This document shows, in pieces, positions 19,026 through 28,533 of a stretch of DNA of 64,000 nt. Under the pieces are notes generated by a model that saw nothing but the letters and a program-made list of their open reading frames with translations, searched no databases and was not told the DNA's origin. Source of the stretch: Candidatus Gastranaerophilales bacterium. Lineage in GTDB: Bacteria; Cyanobacteriota; Vampirovibrionia; Gastranaerophilales; Gastranaerophilaceae. The position numbers and the translations under genes are program-made. Every line of letters starts with the position of its first letter. Positions within the stretch are counted from its first letter, which is position 1. Location: contig CALUYD010000003.1 of assembly GCA_944324915.1 (NCBI GenBank), forward strand, positions 124,971 to 188,970. The letters are read 5' to 3'.

Positions 19026-19583
19026 ATGGGATGGGTTTTACTATCTTTAAGAAGGAACGAATTGCAATCCTCAATTCAGGAAAAGCAATACGAACTACTT
19101 CAATTAAGTAATCGACTAAGAAAGTTAGCCAATTTCTCAAGCTCTATTGGTGATGGTCAAATAACACCAAGCGAAATATCATCAGTTGGATCCGAATTAT
19201 TTGGCGATGCTCTTGATTATATGGGCTATTCAAATGAAGCAGCAATGGAAGCGGCACAATTACAAACAGATTACTATTCAACTGCATACTCTGATGTTAC
19301 AGCAGAGCAATATTACAACAACCCCGGATTATCTGCTCAAGCATCATTATACTTTGATGAAACAGGGGCGCTAAATACAGAAACAATGTATTGGGAATTT
19401 TACGAACAAGCTCTTGAAGATTATGCAAATACGGTTATTATGCCAAAATTGAAAGAGTTAGAAACAGAATTACAAAATGAAAAAACAGAAATGGAAGCAG
19501 AACTTGAATCTGAAGAAGCTGAACTAGAAACAGTAAAAGAAAGCATTTCTCAAAATATTCAAAACAGCACAATTAAATTATAA
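19026..19583 (+). CDS. Acidic coiled-coil protein, paralogue B (MGWV...STIKL family)
   Basis: MGWVLLSLRRNELQ...ELL..S / ...IQNSTIKL. SD-like GGAG is 10-13 nt upstream of the ATG, within ttaGGAGtgttagattATG. Confidence 0.7.
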   Translation: MGWVLLSLRRNELQSSIQEKQYELLQLSNRLRKLANFSSSIGDGQITPSEISSVGSELFGDALDYMGYSNEAAMEAAQLQTDYYSTAYSDVTAEQYYNNPGLSAQASLYFDETGALNTETMYWEFYEQALEDYANTVIMPKLKELETELQNEKTEMEAELESEEAELETVKESISQNIQNSTIKL

Positions 19584-19625
19584 TTTAACTAATTCCAAAT
19601 CCTAATTAAACTATAACCTAAAAAT

Positions 19626-19650
19626 ACTCGCCAAAAGGCGAGTTTTTTTT
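19626..19650 (+). terminator. Intrinsic terminator of paralogue B
   Basis: actcgcc-aaaa-ggcgagt followed by T8. Confidence 0.85.
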
Positions 19651-19761
19651 ATTTAAAACAAAGATTTTTATTTTACAAAAAACTTCATTTATGTTAATAT
19701 ATCTTCAAAATAATAAATATTTTGTAATGTTATTAACAATTAAAATAAGTAAGGAAGAAAG

Positions 19762-20508
19762 ATGACCAAAGACATTCAAGGTGAACAAGCTGACTCAAAA
19801 CAAAAAATCCTTGTTGTTGATGATGAAGCAAGTATCAGAAGAATCTTAGAAACTCGTCTTAAAATGGCAGGCTATAACGTAGTAACTGCAGAAGACGGTG
19901 AAGAAGCAGTTGAACTATTCAATAAAACAAATCCTGATATCGTTATTTTAGACGTTATGATGCCAAAAATGGACGGTTATGGAGTTACAAGAGAAATCAG
20001 AAGAGTATCAGACATTCCTATCATTATCCTAACAGCCTTAGGAGATGTTTCAGAAAGAATTACAGGTTTAGAACTTGGTGCTGATGATTATGTTATTAAA
20101 CCATTCAGCCCAAAAGAACTTGAAGCTCGTGTTAAAGCAGTATTAAGAAGAACAGTTAGCAAAGATATCACTGTTCCAACAGGTAAAACAACTAAAAATG
20201 TTATTACAACAGGAAATATCAAAATTGATACAGCAAGACGCCAAGTTTATCGCAAAAACGAAAGAATTCGCTTAACAGGCATGGAATTTAGTTTACTAGA
20301 ATTACTTGTAAATAACTCAGGCACTGCTTATTCAAGAAATGAAATTCTACAACACGTTTGGGCATATCCGCCGGATCATAGAATTGATACTCGTGTTGTT
20401 GATGTACACATTTCAAGATTACGTTCTAAATTAGAAACAGACCCAGCTAATCCGGAGTTAATTCTAACTGCTCGTGGAATTGGCTATATGTTTCAAAGAA
20501 TAGGCTAA
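19762..20508 (+). CDS. rpaB: OmpR-family response regulator, RpaB/Ycf27-like
   Basis: KILVVDDEASIRRILETRLKMAGY...DIVILDVMMPKMDGYGV...DIPIIILTALGDV..RITGLELGADDYVIKPFSPKELEARV closely follows the cyanobacterial/plastid Ycf27 pattern. C-terminal winged helix. Confidence 0.8.
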   Translation: MTKDIQGEQADSKQKILVVDDEASIRRILETRLKMAGYNVVTAEDGEEAVELFNKTNPDIVILDVMMPKMDGYGVTREIRRVSDIPIIILTALGDVSERITGLELGADDYVIKPFSPKELEARVKAVLRRTVSKDITVPTGKTTKNVITTGNIKIDTARRQVYRKNERIRLTGMEFSLLELLVNNSGTAYSRNEILQHVWAYPPDHRIDTRVVDVHISRLRSKLETDPANPELILTARGIGYMFQRIG

Positions 20509-20526
20509 GATATAGTTATAATAAAT

Positions 20527-20560
20527 AAAAAGGCAGATAAGACTCTGCCTTTTTATTTTT
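20527..20560 (+). terminator. Intrinsic terminator after the rpaB-like gene
   Basis: aggcag(20531-20536)/ctgcct(20545-20550) followed by a T-rich run. Confidence 0.65.
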
Positions 20561-20571
20561 GGAAGATTAAA

Positions 20572-21162
20572 ATGATAGATTTAATAAAACAAGAAAGTTT
20601 AACAAACTCTAAAAAAATATTAATTATAGGAGTATTCCACGGAGATGAACCGCAAGGAGAATACTTTATAAATACATATCTTGAAAAATCAAAAGAAATA
20701 GGTAAAAATAGCCTTTATTTTATACCAAGACTAAATTCAACAAACACCAGAAAAAATAAAAACGGCGTAGATTTAAACAGAAATTTTCCTACCAAAAATT
20801 GGATATTAGCTGAAAACAATGATTACTTTGGCGGATTTAGCGCAAATAGTGAAGAAGAGACAAAATTTCTTGTTGATTTATTAGAAAAAAATGATTTTAG
20901 TGCAATAATTACAATCCATGCACCATATAAAACAGTAAACTACGATGGTCCGGCGGAAAAATTAGCGCAAGAAATTTCAAAAATAATCGGTTATCCAACA
21001 TCAGATGATATTGGCTATATGACGCCCGGAAGTTTTGGAACATATTGCGGAAAAGAAAGAAGTATTCCAACAATCACAATTGAAATTGACGAAGAAGAAG
21101 ATATAAATCTACTAAATCAAAAATTCCATAAATTATTTGATTACCTTAAAAATGATTATTAA
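20572..21162 (+). CDS. M14-family zinc peptidase, MpaA-like murein peptide amidase (cytoplasmic)
   Basis: GVFHGDEPQG (HxxE zinc site), GVDLNRNFP, ITIHAPY. No signal peptide. Confidence 0.65.
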   Translation: MIDLIKQESLTNSKKILIIGVFHGDEPQGEYFINTYLEKSKEIGKNSLYFIPRLNSTNTRKNKNGVDLNRNFPTKNWILAENNDYFGGFSANSEEETKFLVDLLEKNDFSAIITIHAPYKTVNYDGPAEKLAQEISKIIGYPTSDDIGYMTPGSFGTYCGKERSIPTITIEIDEEEDINLLNQKFHKLFDYLKNDY

Positions 21163-22040
21163 TTAGCAAGCTCAATTCTTTTCTTTTCGCGAATTAATTT
21201 ATCATAAACCCAATCAGGAACAAAATTTTTACCCATTAAAATTGTTCCGTGGTTCAATGAAGGTGCATGAAAATCAGAACCACCTGTTACAATCAAACCA
21301 TATTTTTCAGCCAAAGTTGAAAAATGTTCAACAGCAGCAGGAGAATGCTTTCTGTGATATGCTTCAATTCCTCTTAAACCATAATTTACAAGTTCACATG
21401 CTAATTTATCCGCTATATCAACATCAATAGGATGAGCAAAAACAGGAATTCCTGATGCTTCTGCTATAATTTCTACTGCATCGTGCGGAGAAACAGTTTT
21501 TCTTTCTACATAAACATCAGAATTATTATTGATAAATTTTGCATACGCTTCCATTATATTAGCACTTCCGCCACAAGAAGTTATAGCTCTTGCTATATGA
21601 GGTCTGCCGATTGAGCCCATAGGTGCAACAAGTTTTTGAACATCTTCAAATTTTATTCTAATTCCTTCTTTTTTAGATAACAACTCAATAATTTGATGGG
21701 TTTGCTCAATTCTGGCTTTTTGTTGAAAATTGATTAAATCAACAAATTGGGAATTATTTTTATCCATAAAATAGCCTAAAATATGAACTTCATAACCCTT
21801 ATATATAGTATTAATCTCAACACCGGGTATAATTTCTAAATTGAAGTTATTTTTATCAACATAATCTTGAGCGATTTTATGAGATAAAACATTATCATGA
21901 TCAGTTAGCGCAATACAATCAAGACCGCACTCAAGTGCAGTGTCGACAATTGTGGCAGAATCTAACATTCCATCAGAATAAGTTGTATGGATGTGTAAAT
22001 CAATCTTCACTTTCCTTTTCCTCATCTTTAGTATATTCAA
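21159..22040 (-). CDS. PHP-domain phosphoesterase (TrpH/YciV-like)
   Basis: IDLHIHTTYSDG...LTDHD...FAHP...GGSDFH. Start is either 22040 or the ATG at 22025. Overlaps the upstream ymdB-like gene. Confidence 0.75.
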   Translation of the reverse strand: MNILKMRKRKVKIDLHIHTTYSDGMLDSATIVDTALECGLDCIALTDHDNVLSHKIAQDYVDKNNFNLEIIPGVEINTIYKGYEVHILGYFMDKNNSQFVDLINFQQKARIEQTHQIIELLSKKEGIRIKFEDVQKLVAPMGSIGRPHIARAITSCGGSANIMEAYAKFINNNSDVYVERKTVSPHDAVEIIAEASGIPVFAHPIDVDIADKLACELVNYGLRGIEAYHRKHSPAAVEHFSTLAEKYGLIVTGGSDFHAPSLNHGTILMGKNFVPDWVYDKLIREKKRIELAN

Positions 22041-22821
22041 AACTTATTCTATTAATACTTTTAGCACAATTATTGAAAAATTCAATTTCACAGGCGTTAA
22101 GTATATAAGGTGAAGATGTTTCGACTTCAAATCTTTCAGGAATTGATGTAATTAATCGTCTCAAGGAAGCAATGTATTCCATACCAATTACACCATTTTT
22201 ACTTCCGCAAAATCCAACATCGCTTTGATATGCGCATTTATCTTTTAAAATAATACAATCAGCAGTAGGTACATGCGTATGTGTTCCAACAACGGCACTT
22301 GCTCCTAATTCTGCTGCATAATTTGCAAAACAAATTTTTTCAGCGGTTGCTTCAGCATGAAAATCAACAAAAATTATTTTATTTTCTAAATCTAATTCAT
22401 TTTTTAACTGATTGATTAAATCTTCAAACGCTTTAAAAGGACAATCAATCGGAGGCATAAAGGTTTTACCAAGCAAATTAACAACAATAATCTTGTCATT
22501 AAATATTCTATACCCTACACCTTTTGTATCCTTATGATAATTATAAGGACGAATTAAAGCAGGGCTTTCATCAATATAATTAACTATTTCACGCTTATCC
22601 CAGATATGATTTCCTGATGTCATTGCATTTATTGAACAAGCTAAAAGTTCATCATGGTTTTTCTTAGTTAAACCAAAACCATGGCTTGCATTTTCAACAT
22701 TTGCAATTACAAAATCATATTTTTGCGCATTATTCTCGTCAACAAGAAATTTTTTTACAACTTCTCGTCCTGCACGTCCTACAATATCACCTATAAATAA
22801 TAGTTTGAAATTTTCTGACAT
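22000..22821 (-). CDS. ymdB: YmdB-like metallophosphoesterase (2',3'-cyclic-nucleotide phosphodiesterase family)
   Basis: LFIGDIVGRAGR...NVENASHGFG...SGNHIWD...DFHAEATAEK. Sits directly after rny, as in Firmicutes. Confidence 0.8.
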   Translation of the reverse strand: MSENFKLLFIGDIVGRAGREVVKKFLVDENNAQKYDFVIANVENASHGFGLTKKNHDELLACSINAMTSGNHIWDKREIVNYIDESPALIRPYNYHKDTKGVGYRIFNDKIIVVNLLGKTFMPPIDCPFKAFEDLINQLKNELDLENKIIFVDFHAEATAEKICFANYAAELGASAVVGTHTHVPTADCIILKDKCAYQSDVGFCGSKNGVIGMEYIASLRRLITSIPERFEVETSSPYILNACEIEFFNNCAKSINRISFEYTKDEEKESED

Positions 22822-22833
22822 TTACAAAATTGC

Positions 22834-24315
22834 TTATTTTGCAATTTCGGTAACTCTTGCTTCTCTTACAACGGTTACTCGAATTTGACCAGGGTACTCC
22901 AATTCATCTTCAATTCTTTTTGCAATGTCACGAGCCAACTTTGCACTTGCAACATCATCGAAAACTGAAGGCTGAACAATAACCCTAACCTCTCGACCTG
23001 CTGACACGGCAAATGTCTGCTTAATGCCTTCATAGCTGTTAGCAATTTCTTCCAGCTTTTTAAGGCGTTTAATATAGATTTCAAGCGTATCACGACGAGC
23101 ACCGGGGCGACCGGCTGAAATAGTATCAGCGATTTTGACTAAAGCATCAGTTAAACTATTACAAGCAACATCATCATGATGAGCTTCAATAGCATGAATA
23201 ACTGCTTCTTTTTCGCCATATCTTCTAGCCAAGTCTGCGCCAAGTTGAACATGTGTTCCTTCTTGCTCTTGGTCAACTGCTTTACCGATATCATGTAAAA
23301 GACCGGCTCTTTTTGCCAATTTAACATCTGAACCCAATTCAGCAGCAAGCATTCCTGCTATTTGACCTACTTCAATTGAGTGTTTTAAAACATTTTGACC
23401 ATAGCTTGTTCTATAATATAAGCGTCCAAGTGTCTTTGAAAGCTCTTTGTTAAGGTTCATAATTCCAAGGTCAACGGCTGCACGTTCACCTTCTTGTTTA
23501 ATTTTATTTTCAATTTCTTTTAAAGATTTCTCGTAAACTTCTTCAATTCTAACAGGGTGTATTCTGCCGTCTTGAATTAATTTTTCAATAGTTAATTTTG
23601 CAACTTCTCTTCTGATTGGATCAAATGAAGATAATACGACAGCTTCAGGAGTATCATCAATAATTAAATCAACCCCTGTTAATGTTTCAAGGGTTCTGAT
23701 GTTTCTACCCTCACGTCCAATAATTCTTCCTTTCATTTCATCAGATGGAAGAGAAACAACGCAAACGCTTGTTTCAATGACTTGTTCAATTGCGCATTTT
23801 TGCATTGTTTGAGATAATATTTCTCTTGCTTGTTCTTCTGCGGTTTCTTTTATTTTTAATTCATTTTCACGAATTAATTGTATTTGCTCATTAGCAAGTT
23901 CATCTTTTAATTGCGCAAGAAGTGTAGCCTTAGCTTCATCACGAGACATTTGAGCAACACGCTCAAGTTCTGTTATTTGCTTTGCAATAGCGTCAGCTAA
24001 ATAATCTTCCTTTTGTTCTAATTCGGCATATTTTCTATCAAGCGCAACTTCTTTATTTGTAACTTCTTGCCTGATTGAATCAATCTCATCTTGCCTTTTA
24101 GATAATTCATTTTGAATTTTGCTAAATTCAGAGCGTTTATTTCTCTCTAATTCATCCAACTCCATTCTTTCTTTATGAAGTTGTTCTTTTGCTGAAATTA
24201 ACGCTTCTTTCTTTAAAAATTCTTCTTTTTCTTTGAAGTCCTCAATATATTTTTGTTCATTTTTTTCAAGAACTTCAACTTTTGCCTTTTGTCTAACAAA
24301 TAGCATAGTAGTCAT
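22834..24315 (-). CDS. rny: Ribonuclease Y (KH + HD domains). The true start is probably upstream, up to 24366.
   Basis: KH GRIIGREGRNIRTLE; HD LLHDIGKAV...EAHH. The frame stays open upstream of the first ATG and encodes the expected N-terminal membrane helix (see findings). Confidence 0.9.
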   Translation of the reverse strand: MTTMLFVRQKAKVEVLEKNEQKYIEDFKEKEEFLKKEALISAKEQLHKERMELDELERNKRSEFSKIQNELSKRQDEIDSIRQEVTNKEVALDRKYAELEQKEDYLADAIAKQITELERVAQMSRDEAKATLLAQLKDELANEQIQLIRENELKIKETAEEQAREILSQTMQKCAIEQVIETSVCVVSLPSDEMKGRIIGREGRNIRTLETLTGVDLIIDDTPEAVVLSSFDPIRREVAKLTIEKLIQDGRIHPVRIEEVYEKSLKEIENKIKQEGERAAVDLGIMNLNKELSKTLGRLYYRTSYGQNVLKHSIEVGQIAGMLAAELGSDVKLAKRAGLLHDIGKAVDQEQEGTHVQLGADLARRYGEKEAVIHAIEAHHDDVACNSLTDALVKIADTISAGRPGARRDTLEIYIKRLKKLEEIANSYEGIKQTFAVSAGREVRVIVQPSVFDDVASAKLARDIAKRIEDELEYPGQIRVTVVREARVTEIAK

Positions 24316-24613
24316 TGCACATGCCAGAACTAGTATTGCTATTATTATGTAAAATAAAGTACTAATTGTCCTAATCCTCGTCTAATGTGTATCATGCGAT
24401 AGACCAATAACATTTATTATTTAATTTTATATATGAAAAATGATATAAGCCATCTTAACAATTTAATTCTACCATAAGAATTGAAAATTGAATACAGTTT
24501 AACATTTGTTAAAATTTCCACTCAAATGTTTGATTTATTATTCAAATAAAATGATAAAATATAATTGTTGACTTAATCATTTTTATTATTAAATATTTAA
24601 AAAAGGATTAATT

Positions 24614-24862
24614 ATGCTATCAAATTTAGTTTCTTTAATTACAAAATCGCTATCAAGCACAAATACAACTTCTGTAAAAAGAATAAGCCAAAAATCAAAC
24701 AATCCTTTTTCACAAAGTGAAAACGAAAATCCTTTTTTAACAACAACATTTGGCTCAAGTGCCACATACGGCAAAAATCAACCCGTAGCAGGCGGATATT
24801 TTGCCGGATATTATAACGGAAAACCTAATATTGTAGGCAGAAAATTATTTATTGAAGTTTAA
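24614..24862 (+). CDS. Small hypothetical protein (82 aa, N/S/T-rich)
   Basis: SD aaGGAttaatt before the ATG. No recognisable domain. Confidence 0.45.
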   Translation: MLSNLVSLITKSLSSTNTTSVKRISQKSNNPFSQSENENPFLTTTFGSSATYGKNQPVAGGYFAGYYNGKPNIVGRKLFIEV

Positions 24863-26141
24863 TTTCGTTTTTATACATTTTTTCTTCTTTTGCAATTGCC
24901 GGATTTTCATTTGTTCCATATAAAACTTTTCTTAAAAATATGGTTAATTTAGGCTGAATTACGCCCATAATTCCTGCTGCAATTAATATGTTTGCAACAA
25001 CAGCAAAAGTTTTAAATATTTTTGATTGCTTTAAATTACCCATATTTTTTGCCATGTCTTCAAAGTTATCCAAAGCATTTTTTATAGCTTTTTCATCAAT
25101 TGGTTTTATTACGCTTAGTGCATTTTTATCTTTTGTAAGCGAAATCAAACCTTCATTTTGAAGCAATGTCATAACAGGATTTTTAACATCAATTTTAGAT
25201 AAAGTATCTATTATATTATTAGAATTTTTAAGCTCTTGAATTGATGGCTTAGCTTTTTTAATTAAATCATCCAGGTTATTTGCAAATAGATTTTTAGGGT
25301 CTAATTTTATAGGGGTTTTCATTATTTCGCCCAATTTTTCAAATCCTAATTGAATAGGTTTTGCTAATCCGTATATAAATATAATTTGACACAACTCCTT
25401 AAAAGCAACCTCAAATCTTTCTTCTTTTCTTGCTTCTTTTAATCTTGTTAAAGTTATAACACCATCTAATATCATAGTGTTTTTAATAGGATTATACATA
25501 AATTCGGATAATCCGCCTTTAAAAGAAATTTGATTATTATTTATATATTTATCAAACTTTTTATTTTCATTTACAGCATTTTCTATTGTTTTAGAATTAA
25601 AAGATAACTTATGCGCTATATTTTCTTTTTTAATTCTATCTGATGTGGTTTTTTGTTTGTATTTAATAATCTTACCTAAAGCAACAGCAGCAATAGTTGT
25701 TGCTATTACAAATTTTCCAATTGCAAACCCTTTATACATTTGAGCATTTGTAAATTTCTTTAAAACAGGGTTAAAATTATTCAAATTATCAAACAAGGTT
25801 TTTTCTTCACCTTGTGCGATTTTAGAAATAGTCTTAAAATTTTCTTTATTATCCAATAATCTTGGGTCAAATTTAGAATTTAATTTAAACAAAGGGTAAA
25901 CACTAAAATCAATAAGTTTTTTAATTGCAGGAATGGCAAAAAGCCAAATCGCACCTGTGCCGAATTCTTCTATCGCTTTTTCTCTGGCGTCATCTTTTCC
26001 GCCATTTTTTTTATATGTATAAACCGTTGCGCCATCGCCAATCCAATCTTTTATAACCATCGCAGCAAGCGAATCATCATTATTGGCGAGTCCTGATAGC
26101 AGTTTAATAGAATTTTTTGTTGCTAATGCTGAAATTTTCAT
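24849..26141 (-). CDS. Hypothetical membrane protein, lineage-specific family (paralogue of 39252-40256 and 40256-41380)
   Basis: SD AAGGAG. Hydrophobic segments GTGAIWLFAIPAI, FAIGKFVIATTIAAVALG, FAVVANILIAAGIMGVIQPKL. Shared motif AIxEFxTGxI and a C-terminal anchor ending ...PKL. Confidence 0.65.
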   Translation of the reverse strand: MKISALATKNSIKLLSGLANNDDSLAAMVIKDWIGDGATVYTYKKNGGKDDAREKAIEEFGTGAIWLFAIPAIKKLIDFSVYPLFKLNSKFDPRLLDNKENFKTISKIAQGEEKTLFDNLNNFNPVLKKFTNAQMYKGFAIGKFVIATTIAAVALGKIIKYKQKTTSDRIKKENIAHKLSFNSKTIENAVNENKKFDKYINNNQISFKGGLSEFMYNPIKNTMILDGVITLTRLKEARKEERFEVAFKELCQIIFIYGLAKPIQLGFEKLGEIMKTPIKLDPKNLFANNLDDLIKKAKPSIQELKNSNNIIDTLSKIDVKNPVMTLLQNEGLISLTKDKNALSVIKPIDEKAIKNALDNFEDMAKNMGNLKQSKIFKTFAVVANILIAAGIMGVIQPKLTIFLRKVLYGTNENPAIAKEEKMYKNEIKLQ

Positions 26142-26157
26142 TTATTCTCCTTTTTAA

Positions 26158-26232
26158 TTATAGTCCCCAAATTAAGTTCATAAGTTTTTGAACTCGTCGA
26201 TTAATAATAGAATTTAATGTTAGTTTTTTCAT
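26158..26232 (-). CDS. Candidate 24-codon upstream micro-ORF (MKKLTLNSIINRRVQKLMNLIWGL)
   Basis: GAGGAAAA immediately before the ATG (short spacing). Stop lies 16 nt before the 430-aa gene start. Not in the ORF track because of its size. Confidence 0.25.
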   Translation of the reverse strand: MKKLTLNSIINRRVQKLMNLIWGL

Positions 26233-26257
26233 TTTTCCTCATTTCTATTTTTTGCAA

Positions 26258-26282
26258 TAAAAAAGACCTCATAAAGAGGTCT
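26258..26282 (-). terminator. Intrinsic terminator after the 28-codon micro-ORF
   Basis: agacctc(26264-26270)/gaggtct(26276-26282), with a U-run on the minus strand. Confidence 0.7.
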
Positions 26283-26304
26283 TTTTGCATATTTTCTAAA
26301 TTGA

Positions 26305-26391
26305 TTATTCTTTTTCAATAGGAATGCAAACAAGTCCTCTTTCTTCTAAAGAGAACAAACGTCGCAATAATACAGTTAATAATTTAATCAT
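26305..26391 (-). CDS. Candidate 28-codon small gene (MIKLLTVLLRRLFSLEERGLVCIPIEKE)
   Basis: Has its own promoter (see 26422-26450), SD GAGGTaattaaATG and terminator. Not in the ORF track because of its size. Confidence 0.4.
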   Translation of the reverse strand: MIKLLTVLLRRLFSLEERGLVCIPIEKE

Positions 26392-26421
26392 TTAATTACC
26401 TCAAATGTGACTGCAAAAAAA

Positions 26422-26450
26422 ATTATACTATATAATCATAACTTTGTCTA
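26422..26450 (-). promoter_or_regulatory. Sigma70-type promoter for the micro-ORF unit
   Basis: Minus strand: TAGACA (26450-26445), 17 nt spacer, TATAAT (26427-26422). Confidence 0.55.
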
Positions 26451-26463
26451 CCGTACAAAAAAA

Positions 26464-27000
26464 TTATTCTTGAATTAATTTTGCTTTGTAAGTATCAATA
26501 ATTTTTTTTGAAAAATTATCTTTTTGTTCGTCATTTAAAAATTTTATTTTATCAATATTAGTCTTTAATTTTTCCTTTATATTTTCATCCAATTCAAGCT
26601 CATTAAGTTGATTTTGAGTAATCTCAACAGGTTTATCTTCTTTATAATCAGATAATGTTTCAGGAATAGAAGCAGCATAATTTTTATAGCTAAAAATTAT
26701 ATCCTTAATTTCAATTCCTAAAGGCATTGAATAAGAATTGATATTTTTAATAATTTTTGCTTTATAAAGACTAAGTTCTTGAACTAAAACAGGGCTTTTT
26801 GCGCTAACATATAATTTTTGAAATTTAATAGCATAAGGTTTTGTATATTTTGCAAACTTAGCCCCTACAATATTATTCCAAAAAGAAAATATTGTTGATT
26901 GCTTAATAATCTGCCCAAACTTTTGACCTTTAATGCTCTCCCCAAAAGCCGTCTTGTTAAGTAATTCCCCTATATGAGTTGTAGGATTATTTTTCTTCAT
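26464..27000 (-). CDS. DUF721/DciA-like protein
   Basis: FSFWNNIVGAKFAKYTKPYAIKFQKLYVSAKSPVLVQELSLYKAKIIKNIN fits the DUF721 core pattern. No SD; TATAAT lies 6 nt before the ATG. Confidence 0.55.
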   Translation of the reverse strand: MKKNNPTTHIGELLNKTAFGESIKGQKFGQIIKQSTIFSFWNNIVGAKFAKYTKPYAIKFQKLYVSAKSPVLVQELSLYKAKIIKNINSYSMPLGIEIKDIIFSYKNYAASIPETLSDYKEDKPVEITQNQLNELELDENIKEKLKTNIDKIKFLNDEQKDNFSKKIIDTYKAKLIQE

Positions 27001-27017
27001 GTCTCAATTATACAACA

Positions 27018-27041
27018 GCCACCTTAAAATTATAAGGTGGC
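27018..27041 (-). terminator. Probable metK terminator
   Basis: gccacctta/taaggtggc hairpin; the following U-tract on the minus strand is only moderate. Confidence 0.5.
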
Positions 27042-27073
27042 AAATTGTATAATTTACAATATTAATTAATTTA

Positions 27074-28330
27074 TTATAGTCCTGCTTTTTTCAAAAGAAC
27101 TTCTGTCATTTGTGTTTCTTCCCAAGGAATAGAAAAGTCTTCTCTTCCTACATGACCATAAGCAGCAAGTTTTTGATAAAATTTACCGCCATTTTTAGCA
27201 GGTAAATTTCTTAAATCAAATTGTTTAATAATTGCAGCAGGTCTTAAATCAAATGTTTCAGAAACAATTTTTGATAGTTCTTCATCGCTGATTTTACCTG
27301 TGTCAAAAGTATCAACTAATACAGATACAGGTTGAGCACGACCGATTGCATAAGCTAATTCTATTTCGCATTTTTCAGCTAATCCAGCTTTTACAATATT
27401 TTTAGCTACCCAACGAGCAGCATAAGCTGCTGAGCGGTCAACTTTGGTTGGATCTTTTCCGGAAAAAGCACCGCCGCCATGACGAGCGTATCCGCCATAA
27501 GTATCAACAATGATTTTTCTTCCTGTTAAACCAGCGTCACCTTGAGGTCCGCCTATTACAAATCTTCCTGATGGGTTAATTAAATATTTAGTTGTTTCAT
27601 CAGGTTTTACATCGTAATTTTCAAATACAGGTTTTATAACCAATTCAATCATATCTTTTCTTATGATTTCTTGAATTTTTTGATTGTCTTCAACACCGTT
27701 TACAACAGGATCATGTTGAGTTGAAATAACAATTGTATCAATTCTTTTTGGTTTACCGTCTACATATTCAACAGTAACTTGGCTTTTGCCATCCGGTCTT
27801 AAATAATTAACTCGTCTTTGTTTTCTGATTTCAGCTAATCTATAAGCTAATTTATGAGCTAAAGCGATTGGCATTGGCATTAATTCAGGTGTTTCATTAC
27901 AAGCATAACCAAACATAATACCTTGATCGCCTGCGCCAATGTCAAGTGTTTCTTCTTTTGATGTATCAGCATTATCAGAGCGAGTTTCCAATGCTTTATT
28001 AACACCGCCGGCGATATCTGTTGATTGTTCATCGATTGAAGTTAAAACAGCACAAGTTTTGTAATCAAAACCGCCACCTTCTTCGCCATTATATCCGATT
28101 GATTTAATTGTGTTTCTAACAACTGTTGGAATATCAACATAGCAATTAGATGTAATTTCACCGCATACAAGAGCCATACCTGTTGTAACAGTAGTTTCTG
28201 CTGCAACTCTTGATTTTGAATCCTTAGTTAAAAATTCATCTAAAATAGCGTCTGAAATCTGATCGCATACTTTATCAGGATGTCCTTCAGTAACTGATTC
28301 AGACGTAAATAAAAAGTTTTTTAATGTCAT
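27074..28330 (-). CDS. metK: S-adenosylmethionine synthetase
   Basis: [24 protein letters not shown]...[12 protein letters not shown]...[16 protein letters not shown]. Confidence 0.95.
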   Translation of the reverse strand: MTLKNFLFTSESVTEGHPDKVCDQISDAILDEFLTKDSKSRVAAETTVTTGMALVCGEITSNCYVDIPTVVRNTIKSIGYNGEEGGGFDYKTCAVLTSIDEQSTDIAGGVNKALETRSDNADTSKEETLDIGAGDQGIMFGYACNETPELMPMPIALAHKLAYRLAEIRKQRRVNYLRPDGKSQVTVEYVDGKPKRIDTIVISTQHDPVVNGVEDNQKIQEIIRKDMIELVIKPVFENYDVKPDETTKYLINPSGRFVIGGPQGDAGLTGRKIIVDTYGGYARHGGGAFSGKDPTKVDRSAAYAARWVAKNIVKAGLAEKCEIELAYAIGRAQPVSVLVDTFDTGKISDEELSKIVSETFDLRPAAIIKQFDLRNLPAKNGGKFYQKLAAYGHVGREDFSIPWEETQMTEVLLKKAGL

Positions 28331-28533
28331 CTTTTTCTCCTTAATTTATCTATACCGGTAAGGTTTTTAATTCCGACCCGATAACAACATTGTAAAAAAC
28401 ATTATATTACAAATAAAAAATATTTTTTAGTCATATAACTTTTTTACAATTCTTAAAATATGTTTTTCGATATATTCATTTTTCTTATTAATCTGTTTTT
28501 AATAATATATAGTACTAACATGAAAGGCATTTT

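Noticed and set aside
24568-24596. Promoter for the 82-aa ORF (TTGACT plus TAAATA)
   Set aside because: The -35 is good, but the -10 matches only 3 of 6 positions at either a 16- or 17-nt spacing. That is too weak to list as a feature.
24589-24774. 61-aa minus-strand ORF
   Set aside because: It overlaps the plus-strand 82-aa ORF, which has a good SD. The minus-strand ORF has none.
28331-28533. Known SAM riboswitch class upstream of metK
   Set aside because: I could not recognise the SAM-I, SAM-II or SMK consensus by eye. Only an anti-SD pairing is visible, so it is reported as a low-interest hypothesis.
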